This document shows positions 46,734-55,080 of a DNA stretch of 64,000 nt, piece after piece. The DNA is taken from IMG/VR virus record IMGVR_UViG_3300025869_002060, positions 124,001 through 188,000 of that record. The stretch is one strand, 5' to 3'. The translations under genes were made by a program, and so were the position numbers. Within the stretch, counting starts at the first letter, position 1; every line of letters starts with the position of its first letter. The notes beneath the pieces are model-generated. The model had not been told where the DNA came from and did not search any database. It saw only the letters and a list, made by a program, of their open reading frames with translations.

Positions 46734-47254
46734 CAATGAATAAACTCTATATTGACGATACTCAGATTAAAAATGCATGTCATTCCATTGTAACAAAAAT
46801 GTATAGAGATAACTTTAAACCTAAATACATTGTAGGAATTACACGCGGCGGGCTAGTTCCAGCTTTATACCTAAGTCATATGACTGGTATTACAATGCAT
46901 ACACTAGATGTTCGTTTACGTGATGGTGATGAACAAGAATCAAATCTATGGATGGCCGAAGATGCATTTGGTTATCCTAATCAAGACAGTGGCGGACAAG
47001 GAAAAAATATTTTAATTGTAGATGATATAAATGACACTGGTGCAACGTTCAACTGGATTAAACAAGATTGGCCCTCAGGGTGCTTACCTAACGATCTTCG
47101 TTGGAATGAAGTATGGCATAACAATGTACGTTTTGCAAGTATTATTGACAATATGGGTAGCAACTTCAAGGTTGACTATTCAGAAATTGAGATTAATAAA
47201 TCCGAGGAGGATGTGTGGGTAGTATTTCCGTGGGAAGAACCTTTAAGGGTCTAG
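46730..47254 (+). CDS. Type I phosphoribosyltransferase (Gpt/xanthine-guanine PRT-like)
   Basis: IVGITRGGLVPA, ILIVDDINDTGAT, WVVFPWE. Confidence 0.9.
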   Translation: MTMNKLYIDDTQIKNACHSIVTKMYRDNFKPKYIVGITRGGLVPALYLSHMTGITMHTLDVRLRDGDEQESNLWMAEDAFGYPNQDSGGQGKNILIVDDINDTGATFNWIKQDWPSGCLPNDLRWNEVWHNNVRFASIIDNMGSNFKVDYSEIEINKSEEDVWVVFPWEEPLRV

Positions 47255-47457
47255 AAGGAAAATACAATGTGCATTATAACTTTGATGTGCGAGCAACTAC
47301 CGATGGTGGAATTCCAGGTACGACAATTAACTGGTGTAAAGAAAATATAACTAACGAATGGGGTTGGTACTTTGATCAAGACAATAAAGATATCGGGTAC
47401 TGTACTTTTATTGATGAAAAAGACGCAATTTATTTTGCATTAAGGTACTCAAAATAA
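47215..47457 (+). CDS. Small hypothetical protein
   Basis: 80 aa ORF; true start uncertain. Confidence 0.5.
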   Translation: MGSISVGRTFKGLEGKYNVHYNFDVRATTDGGIPGTTINWCKENITNEWGWYFDQDNKDIGYCTFIDEKDAIYFALRYSK

Positions 47458-48026
47458 TGCTTGGATTTTATCCAAATTTTAAAATCACATGCAATGTAGA
47501 TTGGACTGAACTGTCATTACGTGTCACTGACACGGCTATAAATTATGTTCACACAAACAAATACAAAGAAAATATATTATACGAAAGTGTAAACAGTATC
47601 GTAGCAAGTCTACCTACAGGTGGTTGGATAAGCAAGAGTGGTCCAAGTTTTGATTTCTTTGTAATGGGCGGAATACCCGAAACCGAAATATTAGATAATT
47701 GGTTTAAAAAACAATTTCCAAATTTAACATTTACCCCAGCAACAATTTGTTGGAGTAGTAAAAATGTTCCGTTGCACAGAGACAACATAAAGAACGGACA
47801 ATCAAGTTTAGTATATCCTATATCAAATAATAGTGGATACGGAACTGTATATAGCAACGATGCCAAGTTCACTTATGGTACCGAAAAACATAAACCTGTT
47901 GTAATCAATATAACTGTTGATCACGAGGTAGTAATTACTGAACCAAGAGTCTGGTTCAGTATTCATATGCAAGAACCAATTAAAATGGTTAAAGAAGTAC
48001 TTGACAATTATGCAAATAACGTATAG
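47457..48026 (+). CDS. Putative 2OG-Fe(II)/cupin-like dioxygenase
   Basis: PLHRD (HxD)...VDHEV...RVWFSI. Confidence 0.5.
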   Translation: MLGFYPNFKITCNVDWTELSLRVTDTAINYVHTNKYKENILYESVNSIVASLPTGGWISKSGPSFDFFVMGGIPETEILDNWFKKQFPNLTFTPATICWSSKNVPLHRDNIKNGQSSLVYPISNNSGYGTVYSNDAKFTYGTEKHKPVVINITVDHEVVITEPRVWFSIHMQEPIKMVKEVLDNYANNV

Positions 48027-48029
48027 TAT
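48001..48029 (+). promoter_or_regulatory. Sigma70-type promoter for queD-queE
   Basis: TTGACA-17 bp-TAGTAT. Confidence 0.6.
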
Positions 48030-48054
48030 TAAATATTATAAAGGTGATTTCTAA

Positions 48055-48546
48055 ATGACATACTACAGTACAAAAACATACGGACACAACATAGGACTAA
48101 GTGCAGTGTTCCGTCAACCAAATGCAGATCACTCACATTGCCATTTGTTACATGGTTATAGTTTGCAGTTTAAATTTACATTTGGTTGTTCTGAATTAGA
48201 TAAAAAAAACTGGGCCGTTGACTTTGGTGGATTAAAACCACTCAAAGCATGGCTTGAAGATAGCTTTGATCATAAGACAGCAATTGATATTGCTGATCCT
48301 CATAAACAAGAATTTTATGATTTGCAGGACAAAGACTTATGTGAAGTAAGAGAATTTGACGGGGTTGGTGCAGAGAAGTTTGCAGAACATGCATGGCGCT
48401 TTGCAGACAAACTCGTCAAAGAAATGACAAATGGACGTTGTTGGTGTGAGAGTTGTGAGTGTGCAGAACACGGGGCAAATTCTGCTATTTATTCTCCGTA
48501 TGTCGTACAAAAAACCTCGTTCAAGGAGAACCATAATGAACAATAA
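48055..48546 (+). CDS. queD: 6-carboxytetrahydropterin synthase
   Basis: HCHLLHGYS, VDFGGLK, FDHK, AEKFAE, EHGANSA. Confidence 0.92.
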   Translation: MTYYSTKTYGHNIGLSAVFRQPNADHSHCHLLHGYSLQFKFTFGCSELDKKNWAVDFGGLKPLKAWLEDSFDHKTAIDIADPHKQEFYDLQDKDLCEVREFDGVGAEKFAEHAWRFADKLVKEMTNGRCWCESCECAEHGANSAIYSPYVVQKTSFKENHNEQ

Positions 48547-48742
48547 ACTACTATTGGCATTGCAGGCAAGGTATCAAGCACAAAAGGCAGAAGGCCTTGC
48601 TAATATCGATGTCTACATGCAAAATCCAGCAGGTATTGGCGAGCATCCAGACATCACTGGTGCTATTGCTGAACAAATTGCTAAGATTGCAGAAGCAGAC
48701 GATGGTTTGCTTGTGTTAGAAGAAAACTTCAGTGACAAGTAA
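48536..48742 (+). CDS. Small hypothetical protein
   Basis: MNNKLLLAL...NPAGIGEHPDI; ATG 48536 after AAGGAG. Confidence 0.75.
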   Translation: MNNKLLLALQARYQAQKAEGLANIDVYMQNPAGIGEHPDITGAIAEQIAKIAEADDGLLVLEENFSDK

Positions 48743-48860
48743 TACTGACAAACAGTGGATATGCCCGGTTTGTGGGCATATCCATTATGGCGAAACTCAC
48801 CCTGAGGTTGATTGCCCTATCTGTGCATTGCCTGGTGAAGAATACATTGAACAAGAATAG
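48732..48860 (+). CDS. Rubredoxin-like protein (42 aa), missing from the ORF track
   Basis: Read by eye from GTG 48732: MTSNTDKQWICPVCGHIHYGETHPEVDCPICALPGEEYIEQE*; W-x-CxxCG...CPxC. Confidence 0.75.
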   Translation: MTSNTDKQWICPVCGHIHYGETHPEVDCPICALPGEEYIEQE

Positions 48861-48871
48861 AAAGGCACACT

Positions 48872-49744
48872 ATGAACTGGCGTTATAGCGAAGAATTTTA
48901 TAGTATACAAGGTGAAGGCAAATTTGTAGGAGTACCTAGTGTATTTTTACGTATGTTTGGTTGCAACTTTCGTTGTAAGAACTTTGGTAGATCCAAAGAC
49001 GAAACCTTTGCTAAAAACGAACCAAATCCTGAAGTGCAAGAAGTTATTGATAATATTGATCAATACGAGAATTTTGGAGATTTACCAATTGTGCATACTG
49101 GTTGCGATACGTATGCAAGTATCTATCCGCAGTTTAAACGTTTTATGAAAAATCTTAACACTGACGAGGTAGCTGAACGTTTACTAGCATTAACACCAAA
49201 TGGTTCATGGACCATGCCCAATGGGCAAGATATTCATCTAATTATAACTGGCGGAGAGCCATTGCTTGGTTGGCAAAAAAATTATGTTGAATTATTTAAT
49301 CATCCGAAAATGAAAGATTTAAAAAATGTTACAATCGAAACAAATGGTACTCAAGCTCTTAGACCGGAGTTTGTTGACTTTATCACACATCAAGAAAGAA
49401 TATGTATTACTTTCTCGTGTAGCCCAAAGTTATCCGTTTCGGGAGAGTCTTGGAGTGATGCTATTAACCCTGACATTGTTAGCACTTACTATAATCTTCC
49501 TAATAGTGATTTGTATCTTAAGTTTGTGGTTAACGATGATGTGGATGTGGACGAAGTTAGCAGAGCTACTGAAGAGTATCGTGCGGCCGGGGTTGAGTGT
49601 CCAGTATATACTATGCCGCTTGGCGGACGGTATGACGAGTATAAAGCAACGACTAAAAGGGTCGCAGAACTCGCAATGCAAAAAGGGTGGAGATATACAC
49701 CCAGACTACACGTTGATATCTTCGGAAATGCATGGGGCACGTAA
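48872..49744 (+). CDS. queE: 7-carboxy-7-deazaguanine synthase (radical SAM)
   Basis: EFYSIQGEG, FLRMFGCNFRC...GCDT, ITGGEP, IETNGT, CSPKL, PRLHVDIFG. Confidence 0.92.
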   Translation: MNWRYSEEFYSIQGEGKFVGVPSVFLRMFGCNFRCKNFGRSKDETFAKNEPNPEVQEVIDNIDQYENFGDLPIVHTGCDTYASIYPQFKRFMKNLNTDEVAERLLALTPNGSWTMPNGQDIHLIITGGEPLLGWQKNYVELFNHPKMKDLKNVTIETNGTQALRPEFVDFITHQERICITFSCSPKLSVSGESWSDAINPDIVSTYYNLPNSDLYLKFVVNDDVDVDEVSRATEEYRAAGVECPVYTMPLGGRYDEYKATTKRVAELAMQKGWRYTPRLHVDIFGNAWGT

Positions 49745-49813
49745 GAAAGAAACGCCATTAGAAAAGGCTATGAAAGCACCCATTGACATTGACAAACTGA
49801 GGAACCGAGGATT

Positions 49814-50485
49814 TTGACCAAAGTAGTACACACCCAAATAGTATGTGGAATGCCACACCTACTATCAAATTTTGATTTGAACCTAAATCATCTTAGCAAA
49901 GAACTTGGAGACATACACTGGCATTTTATGTATGATCGTCCCGGTGATGCAACAGTAAAAGGTGAGCGTGTTTATCAAAGTTTTCTACGTCTTGATTTTG
50001 ACATTGTAGATACATTTAAAGAAGATGATGTACTTCATATTGTTACAACAGGAGAACAAGTTGACGATGCTATCTTTAAGACTGTACATACATTTGGTAA
50101 AAATAAAATTACCTTGTACAGTATTGGGATAATTATTGATAAGGGTTCACTTGTTAAAGCTATAACTGCAAAAAATAGAGACTTAGAGTTTTGGGCCAAT
50201 CACAGAAATTTTAAACGTGTTACACGTTCAAAAGAAATATTAGCCTCATTTAATACGTATCCTAGTATTGATTTTAATTGTGCTGGAATACTATATTGTG
50301 CAAACTATGTTAGGTACATATACCAGTTTGCAGATATACTAAAGAAACAAGTTACTGTTAAAAATATGTACTTCTTTGGTAACATTAAACCATATCAAGT
50401 ACTTGATATTGTTCAGGACGAACACGGCATACATATTATTAGTGAAGACCGATTAATAGCAACTTGTATATGCGAACTAGAATAG
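49814..50485 (+). CDS. Double-hotdog thioesterase-like protein (Pnap_2097/LnmK-like)
   Basis: GMPHL...SKELGDIHW and YPSIDFNCAGILYCANY resemble the family motifs as I recall them. Confidence 0.55.
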   Translation: MTKVVHTQIVCGMPHLLSNFDLNLNHLSKELGDIHWHFMYDRPGDATVKGERVYQSFLRLDFDIVDTFKEDDVLHIVTTGEQVDDAIFKTVHTFGKNKITLYSIGIIIDKGSLVKAITAKNRDLEFWANHRNFKRVTRSKEILASFNTYPSIDFNCAGILYCANYVRYIYQFADILKKQVTVKNMYFFGNIKPYQVLDIVQDEHGIHIISEDRLIATCICELE

Positions 50486-50495
50486 GAGTAGAAAT

Positions 50496-50837
50496 ATGAA
50501 TTCATTTTTTGATAAGTTTAAGAAGAAACCTGCTACAGCCACTCCTCCAAAGCAGAAGCCTAAGAAGACTCCAAAGGAAATTGCTACCGAAGCAGGTGAA
50601 CCATGGGTTGAAGTTATCTCAATGGATATTGATCCGGATGATGTTGGCAACGGGGCATTTGAATTAGACTGGAATGATAAATTTATTGTTAATTTAGTCA
50701 GAGCAGGATACCAGGTCAAACCAGGCGAAGCCGAAGAATTAATTGTAGATCGTTGGTTTCAATCTGTTTGTCGCAATGTTGTTATGGAAAACTATGAACA
50801 AGAACAAGCAGATCCTGATATTCGAAATCAGAAGTAA
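50496..50837 (+). CDS. Conserved jumbo-phage hypothetical protein
   Basis: EPWVEVI...GAFELDWNDKF...DRWF; AGGAG SD. Confidence 0.8.
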   Translation: MNSFFDKFKKKPATATPPKQKPKKTPKEIATEAGEPWVEVISMDIDPDDVGNGAFELDWNDKFIVNLVRAGYQVKPGEAEELIVDRWFQSVCRNVVMENYEQEQADPDIRNQK

Positions 50838-51565
50838 TGTCAAAGATACTATACATTAACGGCGACAGTCATGCGGCCGGCGCTGAAGCAGTGGTTTCAT
50901 TTGCATTTGCAGAAGATGATCCACATAACTATCCTCCGCCTAATCGTAAACCACACCCAGAAAACGAAATAGCAAGTTTTGGCAACGTATTAGCAGATCA
51001 ATTGGGCATGACTCCTTACAATGATAGCGAGAGTGCTAGTAGCAATGATCGTATTGTACGTACTACCCGGAAATGGCTTGAAGAAACATCAGAAAAACCT
51101 GGACTAGTATTAATTGGATGGAGTACTTGGGAAAGAGAAGAATGGTTCCATGATAATGAATATTTTCAGGTAAATTGTAGTGGAGTTGACCTGGTCCCAC
51201 GAGATTTGCGAGATAAATACAAGCAGTGGATTATAACACAATCAAAAAAAGAACGTGAACTAGAATATAAATGGCATGATGAAATACATCAGTTCCATTT
51301 AGAATTATCAAGAAAGAACATAAATCACCTATTCTTTAATACATATCAGTATTTCTTTAACACTGTGTCGTTTAGTCGTGAAAAACTAAATTGGGACAAC
51401 TGTTATATCAACCCATACGAACAAGACGGAACATATTACTATTACCTAAAGAAACAGGGTTATAGTACAGTAAACAAAAATAGTTATCATTACCCAAAAT
51501 TAGCACATCGTGCTTGGGCAGACTATTTAAGACAATATCTCCAAAGAGGCGGAAATCACATTTAA
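50837..51565 (+). CDS. SGNH/GDSL-like hydrolase or acyltransferase
   Basis: YINGDSH (GDS), SSNDRI, IGWS, C-terminal HYPKLAH. Confidence 0.6.
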   Translation: MSKILYINGDSHAAGAEAVVSFAFAEDDPHNYPPPNRKPHPENEIASFGNVLADQLGMTPYNDSESASSNDRIVRTTRKWLEETSEKPGLVLIGWSTWEREEWFHDNEYFQVNCSGVDLVPRDLRDKYKQWIITQSKKERELEYKWHDEIHQFHLELSRKNINHLFFNTYQYFFNTVSFSREKLNWDNCYINPYEQDGTYYYYLKKQGYSTVNKNSYHYPKLAHRAWADYLRQYLQRGGNHI

Positions 51566-51570
51566 ATTGG

Positions 51571-51599
51571 TTGACTTAATCAAAAATATGTATTATACT
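51571..51599 (+). promoter_or_regulatory. Sigma70-type promoter
   Basis: TTGACT-17 bp-TATACT. Confidence 0.75.
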
Positions 51600-51633
51600 A
51601 TATAAAATTTGAATATTATAATAGGATATACAC

Positions 51634-52623
51634 ATGAAGTATCTGTTAGTTGACACCGCAAATACGTTCTTTCGTGCCCGGCATGCGGCATTTAGAGGAT
51701 CTGATACTTGGACTCGATTAGGTTTTGCAATGCATGTTACCTTAGCCGGACTCAACAAAGTTTGGCGTGATCAACAAGGTGAACATATTGTATTCTGTCT
51801 TGAAGGACGCAGTTGGCGTAAAGACTTTTATGATCCGTATAAGAAAAATAGGGCAGTGGCTCGTGCCGCCCTTACAGAAGCAGAGCTAGAAGAAGATAAA
51901 GTATTCTGGGAGGCATTTGACGACTTTAAAGACTTTGTGTCAGAAAAAACCAATTGTACTGTTATGCAACACCCCCAACTAGAGGCAGACGATCTTATTG
52001 CAGGTTGGATACAAAGTCACCCAGACGATGAACATATTATTGTTAGTAGCGACAGTGATTTTTACCAGCTACTATCAAGTAACGTAAAACAGTACAATGG
52101 CATAACCGACGAGTTGCATACACTCGAAGGTATCTTTGATAAGAAAGGTAACAGAGTATTGGATAAAAAGACTAAAGAACCTAAAGTAATTCCAGACCCT
52201 GAATGGTTATTGTTTGAAAAATGTATGCGAGGTGACTCTAGTGATAATGTATTCAGTGCATATCCTGGGGTACGTAAGAAAGGTACTAAGAACAAAGTTG
52301 GTCTACTAGAAGCATATGCTGATAGAAAGACTAAAGGATATAATTGGAATAACCTAATGTTACAACGTTGGGTTGACCATAACGAAATTGAGCACCGTGT
52401 GCTTGATGACTACGAACGTAATGTAACATTGGTTGATCTTTCTGCTCAACCAGATGACGTTAAACAAATTATTGCTACTACTATTGCAGAAAATAGTGTA
52501 ACAAAAAACATCTCACAAATAGGAACTAAGTTTCTTAAATTTTGCGGCAAGTATGAACTTAACCGCATGAGTGAAAATGCTCAGCAGTTTGCTGAGATAC
52601 TATCATCGGAGTATAAAGAATGA
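51634..52623 (+). CDS. T4 RNase H-like 5'-3' exonuclease
   Basis: LLVDTAN, SWRKDFYDPYKKNR, LEADDLIA, SSDSDF, MRGDSSDNV. Confidence 0.9.
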   Translation: MKYLLVDTANTFFRARHAAFRGSDTWTRLGFAMHVTLAGLNKVWRDQQGEHIVFCLEGRSWRKDFYDPYKKNRAVARAALTEAELEEDKVFWEAFDDFKDFVSEKTNCTVMQHPQLEADDLIAGWIQSHPDDEHIIVSSDSDFYQLLSSNVKQYNGITDELHTLEGIFDKKGNRVLDKKTKEPKVIPDPEWLLFEKCMRGDSSDNVFSAYPGVRKKGTKNKVGLLEAYADRKTKGYNWNNLMLQRWVDHNEIEHRVLDDYERNVTLVDLSAQPDDVKQIIATTIAENSVTKNISQIGTKFLKFCGKYELNRMSENAQQFAEILSSEYKE

Positions 52624-53108
52624 CACAAAAAACAGCCACTCCAGTTCTAAAAAATAAATTTTGGATTGTAGAAGATAACGGTAAAAAGATTGCCACTATT
52701 CAAGCCGTTGAAGGCGGCGGGTTTACGTATGTTAAAGGAGCAACATACAGAGAACGATTCCCGGCACTCAAAGATATTGAAGTGAAATATAACGTTAGTA
52801 TCAGCGACGAAAACAATGAATCAGCTAAAACTAAAGACAATTCATTGTACGGATATCCAGTTGGAGATACAAAAACTTTTAACGAAAGTTACAATGCTCA
52901 AACTAAAATGCCGGTATTTACTAAAACTCCAGCAAGTAAAAGTCAATATTGTGCAGGGTTTTATTGTATTGAACTTGACAACGATCAATGGATCAGTCAC
53001 TTCTGTCCCAAGCTAATTACGGTCAGAAGGTATGCATATATGGGTCCATTTAAAAACGAAAATGAAATGTTGGAAGCATGGAAAACAGCCTACCCACACC
53101 TAAGTTAA
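52620..53108 (+). CDS. Hypothetical protein
   Basis: 162 aa; ATGA overlap. Confidence 0.75.
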   Translation: MTQKTATPVLKNKFWIVEDNGKKIATIQAVEGGGFTYVKGATYRERFPALKDIEVKYNVSISDENNESAKTKDNSLYGYPVGDTKTFNESYNAQTKMPVFTKTPASKSQYCAGFYCIELDNDQWISHFCPKLITVRRYAYMGPFKNENEMLEAWKTAYPHLS

Positions 53109-53335
53109 CTCGTAACTTACAAACTTTAAGTGACCGTGTGCAAGTTGCACAACAGACAGGTAAACGAGAAGTTGTATTGGATATAAAACTTGCTAGTGGT
53201 GTGGTAAGTGAAATTGTTAAACTATTATCGCTTAATATTGAATTACACCAGCAGTATTTAGAAAACCAACTTATTCAAGTTGAGCTTGATGCCGGAAATT
53301 ACATTTTAGATCCTAACGAAAAAATAGATAAATAA
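53078..53335 (+). CDS. Hypothetical protein
   Basis: 85 aa ORF. Confidence 0.6.
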   Translation: MENSLPTPKLTRNLQTLSDRVQVAQQTGKREVVLDIKLASGVVSEIVKLLSLNIELHQQYLENQLIQVELDAGNYILDPNEKIDK

Positions 53336-53387
53336 AAGTAGCATATAATAGAGGTATGCGGTTAACTCAATAAAAGCGATTTAAACT

Positions 53388-53675
53388 ATGTCAAGACCTA
53401 AGCCAAATATCATCATAGAGCATGTAAATAAACAATCATTTAAAAGTGATCAGGTACTCGCCAGTGAAGGAATTTGGGCAGTGTATTATGAAGGCAAACC
53501 GATCAATCTTAAAACTCATAATATTCTTATTAGTTATCCTGGACCAAAATACAAAAAGGTTTCATTTAGCAATCCAGGACATGCAATTAATTTAGCAAAG
53601 AAACTAAACGAGTTATTTAACAATGACGGTTTTACAGTAGTACTGTTGAAAAAAGGTGAAACAATTTACCCCTAA
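53388..53675 (+). CDS. Conserved jumbo-phage hypothetical protein
   Basis: MSRPKP...YPGPKYKKVSFSNPGHAINLAKKLN. Confidence 0.8.
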   Translation: MSRPKPNIIIEHVNKQSFKSDQVLASEGIWAVYYEGKPINLKTHNILISYPGPKYKKVSFSNPGHAINLAKKLNELFNNDGFTVVLLKKGETIYP

Positions 53676-54042
53676 ACGTTACAGTCAATCACAAGTGGCT
53701 AAGATTATATTAACTTTGCCAGATTTGCCTCCTGAATTAAATTCCCTACCAAAACTAAATTTAACAATTTGGAAGAATCCTCTCAATAAAGAGAGTTTAC
53801 ACCTTAGTCATCAAGGTTGGTTGCTTGCCAACAAACTAAAAATGACCATGTACAAATTTGAGCTTCCCAGTGCCTTTACTCCCAAACAACTACTAGAGCT
53901 AGAGAGATATCTCGCTGGACCTTACCATGTATATCATAAAGGATTGCGTCTAGCAGTTCTCGATGAGTCAGATTCTGTGATGTTAAATCTTCAAAAAGAC
54001 AATATTCCAGGATATTTAGACAATTTATCTAAATATTCGTAA
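53656..54042 (+). CDS. Hypothetical protein
   Basis: 128 aa ORF. Confidence 0.65.
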   Translation: MKQFTPKRYSQSQVAKIILTLPDLPPELNSLPKLNLTIWKNPLNKESLHLSHQGWLLANKLKMTMYKFELPSAFTPKQLLELERYLAGPYHVYHKGLRLAVLDESDSVMLNLQKDNIPGYLDNLSKYS

Positions 54043-54050
54043 TTTTTTGG

Positions 54051-54079
54051 TTGACTTTTTGGGTATCTTATAGTACTAT
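54051..54079 (+). promoter_or_regulatory. Sigma70-type promoter
   Basis: TTGACT-17 bp-TACTAT. Confidence 0.65.
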
Positions 54080-54179
54080 AAACTTATAACAGTAGAGAAC
54101 TAGGACGACTACTGGTATTAAATAATAGTTAGAGACACACACTACGAAAGTTTACAATAAAAATACAGGAGGTTGTAAC

Positions 54180-54974
54180 TTGAAAAAACTAACATTTATT
54201 GCCTTGGTAGGTATTCTTGGATTTGTTTCTATTAACATCTCTGGGATTAATGTGAAATCTGATCAAGCTGGACTTAATCTCAATGAAGCAAAAGCACAAC
54301 AACATAATATTGGCACAGACGAACTTGTTTCTGATCAAGAAATTGCATCAGAACATAATTGCACAGACGATGGATGTGCAGAGTTTGATGCCCAATCCAA
54401 AATTGTTGACGCAACCATATCAACAAAGAATCAGATCGAAAATGAACTACCGGCAATCATTTATTTAACTGGTACTTCCGAACATCAATCAATGGAAGAT
54501 TTAAGTGATGCAATTAATGATGAAATTAAATGCATGGCAGAAAATATTTATTGGGAAGCCCGGAATCAATCCAAACTAGGAATGATTGCAGTTGGTCGTG
54601 TTGTAGTAAATCGTGTACGTAGCAAAAACTACCCTGACACAGTATGCGGAGTAATACTGCAAGGACCAACAAGAGAGAGCTGGAAAACTCGTCAACACAA
54701 ACATCTTAAAGACAGTGAAAGACGTTATTACCCAGTACGTAATAGGTGCCAATTTAGTTGGTATTGTGATGGAAAAAATGACGAAGTTCGTCGCAATGAA
54801 GGGGACATATTTACTCAAGCATGGCATATTGCCAGTGCTATTGTCCTAGACAACAGATGGGATGGTTTTATTGGTGGTGCAACTCACTATCATGCAGACT
54901 ATGTAACACCATCTTGGAGACATGAACTTGTAGTTGTTAGCAAGATTGACAACCACATTTTTTATAGACCGTAG
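54180..54974 (+). CDS. Cell wall hydrolase, SleB/CwlJ (Hydrolase_2) family
   Basis: CMAENIYWEARNQ, AVGRVVVNRV, CQFSWYCDG, GATHYHA, IDNHIFY; N-terminal signal/TM segment. Confidence 0.9.
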   Translation: MKKLTFIALVGILGFVSINISGINVKSDQAGLNLNEAKAQQHNIGTDELVSDQEIASEHNCTDDGCAEFDAQSKIVDATISTKNQIENELPAIIYLTGTSEHQSMEDLSDAINDEIKCMAENIYWEARNQSKLGMIAVGRVVVNRVRSKNYPDTVCGVILQGPTRESWKTRQHKHLKDSERRYYPVRNRCQFSWYCDGKNDEVRRNEGDIFTQAWHIASAIVLDNRWDGFIGGATHYHADYVTPSWRHELVVVSKIDNHIFYRP

Positions 54975-55003
54975 TTGACAAAAGAATAAAAGTTTGCTAT
55001 AGT
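54975..55003 (+). promoter_or_regulatory. Sigma70-type promoter overlapped by a 13-bp inverted repeat
   Basis: TTGACA-17 bp-TATAGT; AAAGTTTGCTATA (54989-55001) / TATAGCAAACTTT (55012-55024). Confidence 0.75.
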
Positions 55004-55080
55004 GTAAAAATTATAGCAAACTTTATCCTTGCTAAAGGCATTGTGCTGATAGCAGTTTTATTGTAAAATGGAGAAACACT

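Noticed and set aside
48756-48784. Perfect 11-bp hairpin upstream of queE, considered as a terminator or preQ1 riboswitch
   Set aside because: It lies inside the rubredoxin-like reading frame (WICPVCGHIH), has no U-tract and lacks the preQ1-I loop and A-rich tail
54080-54179. Riboswitch in the 100-nt sleB leader (CAGTAG/CTACTG stem, GAAA loop)
   Set aside because: Only short stems; no match to c-di-GMP-I or other aptamer consensus that I can recognise
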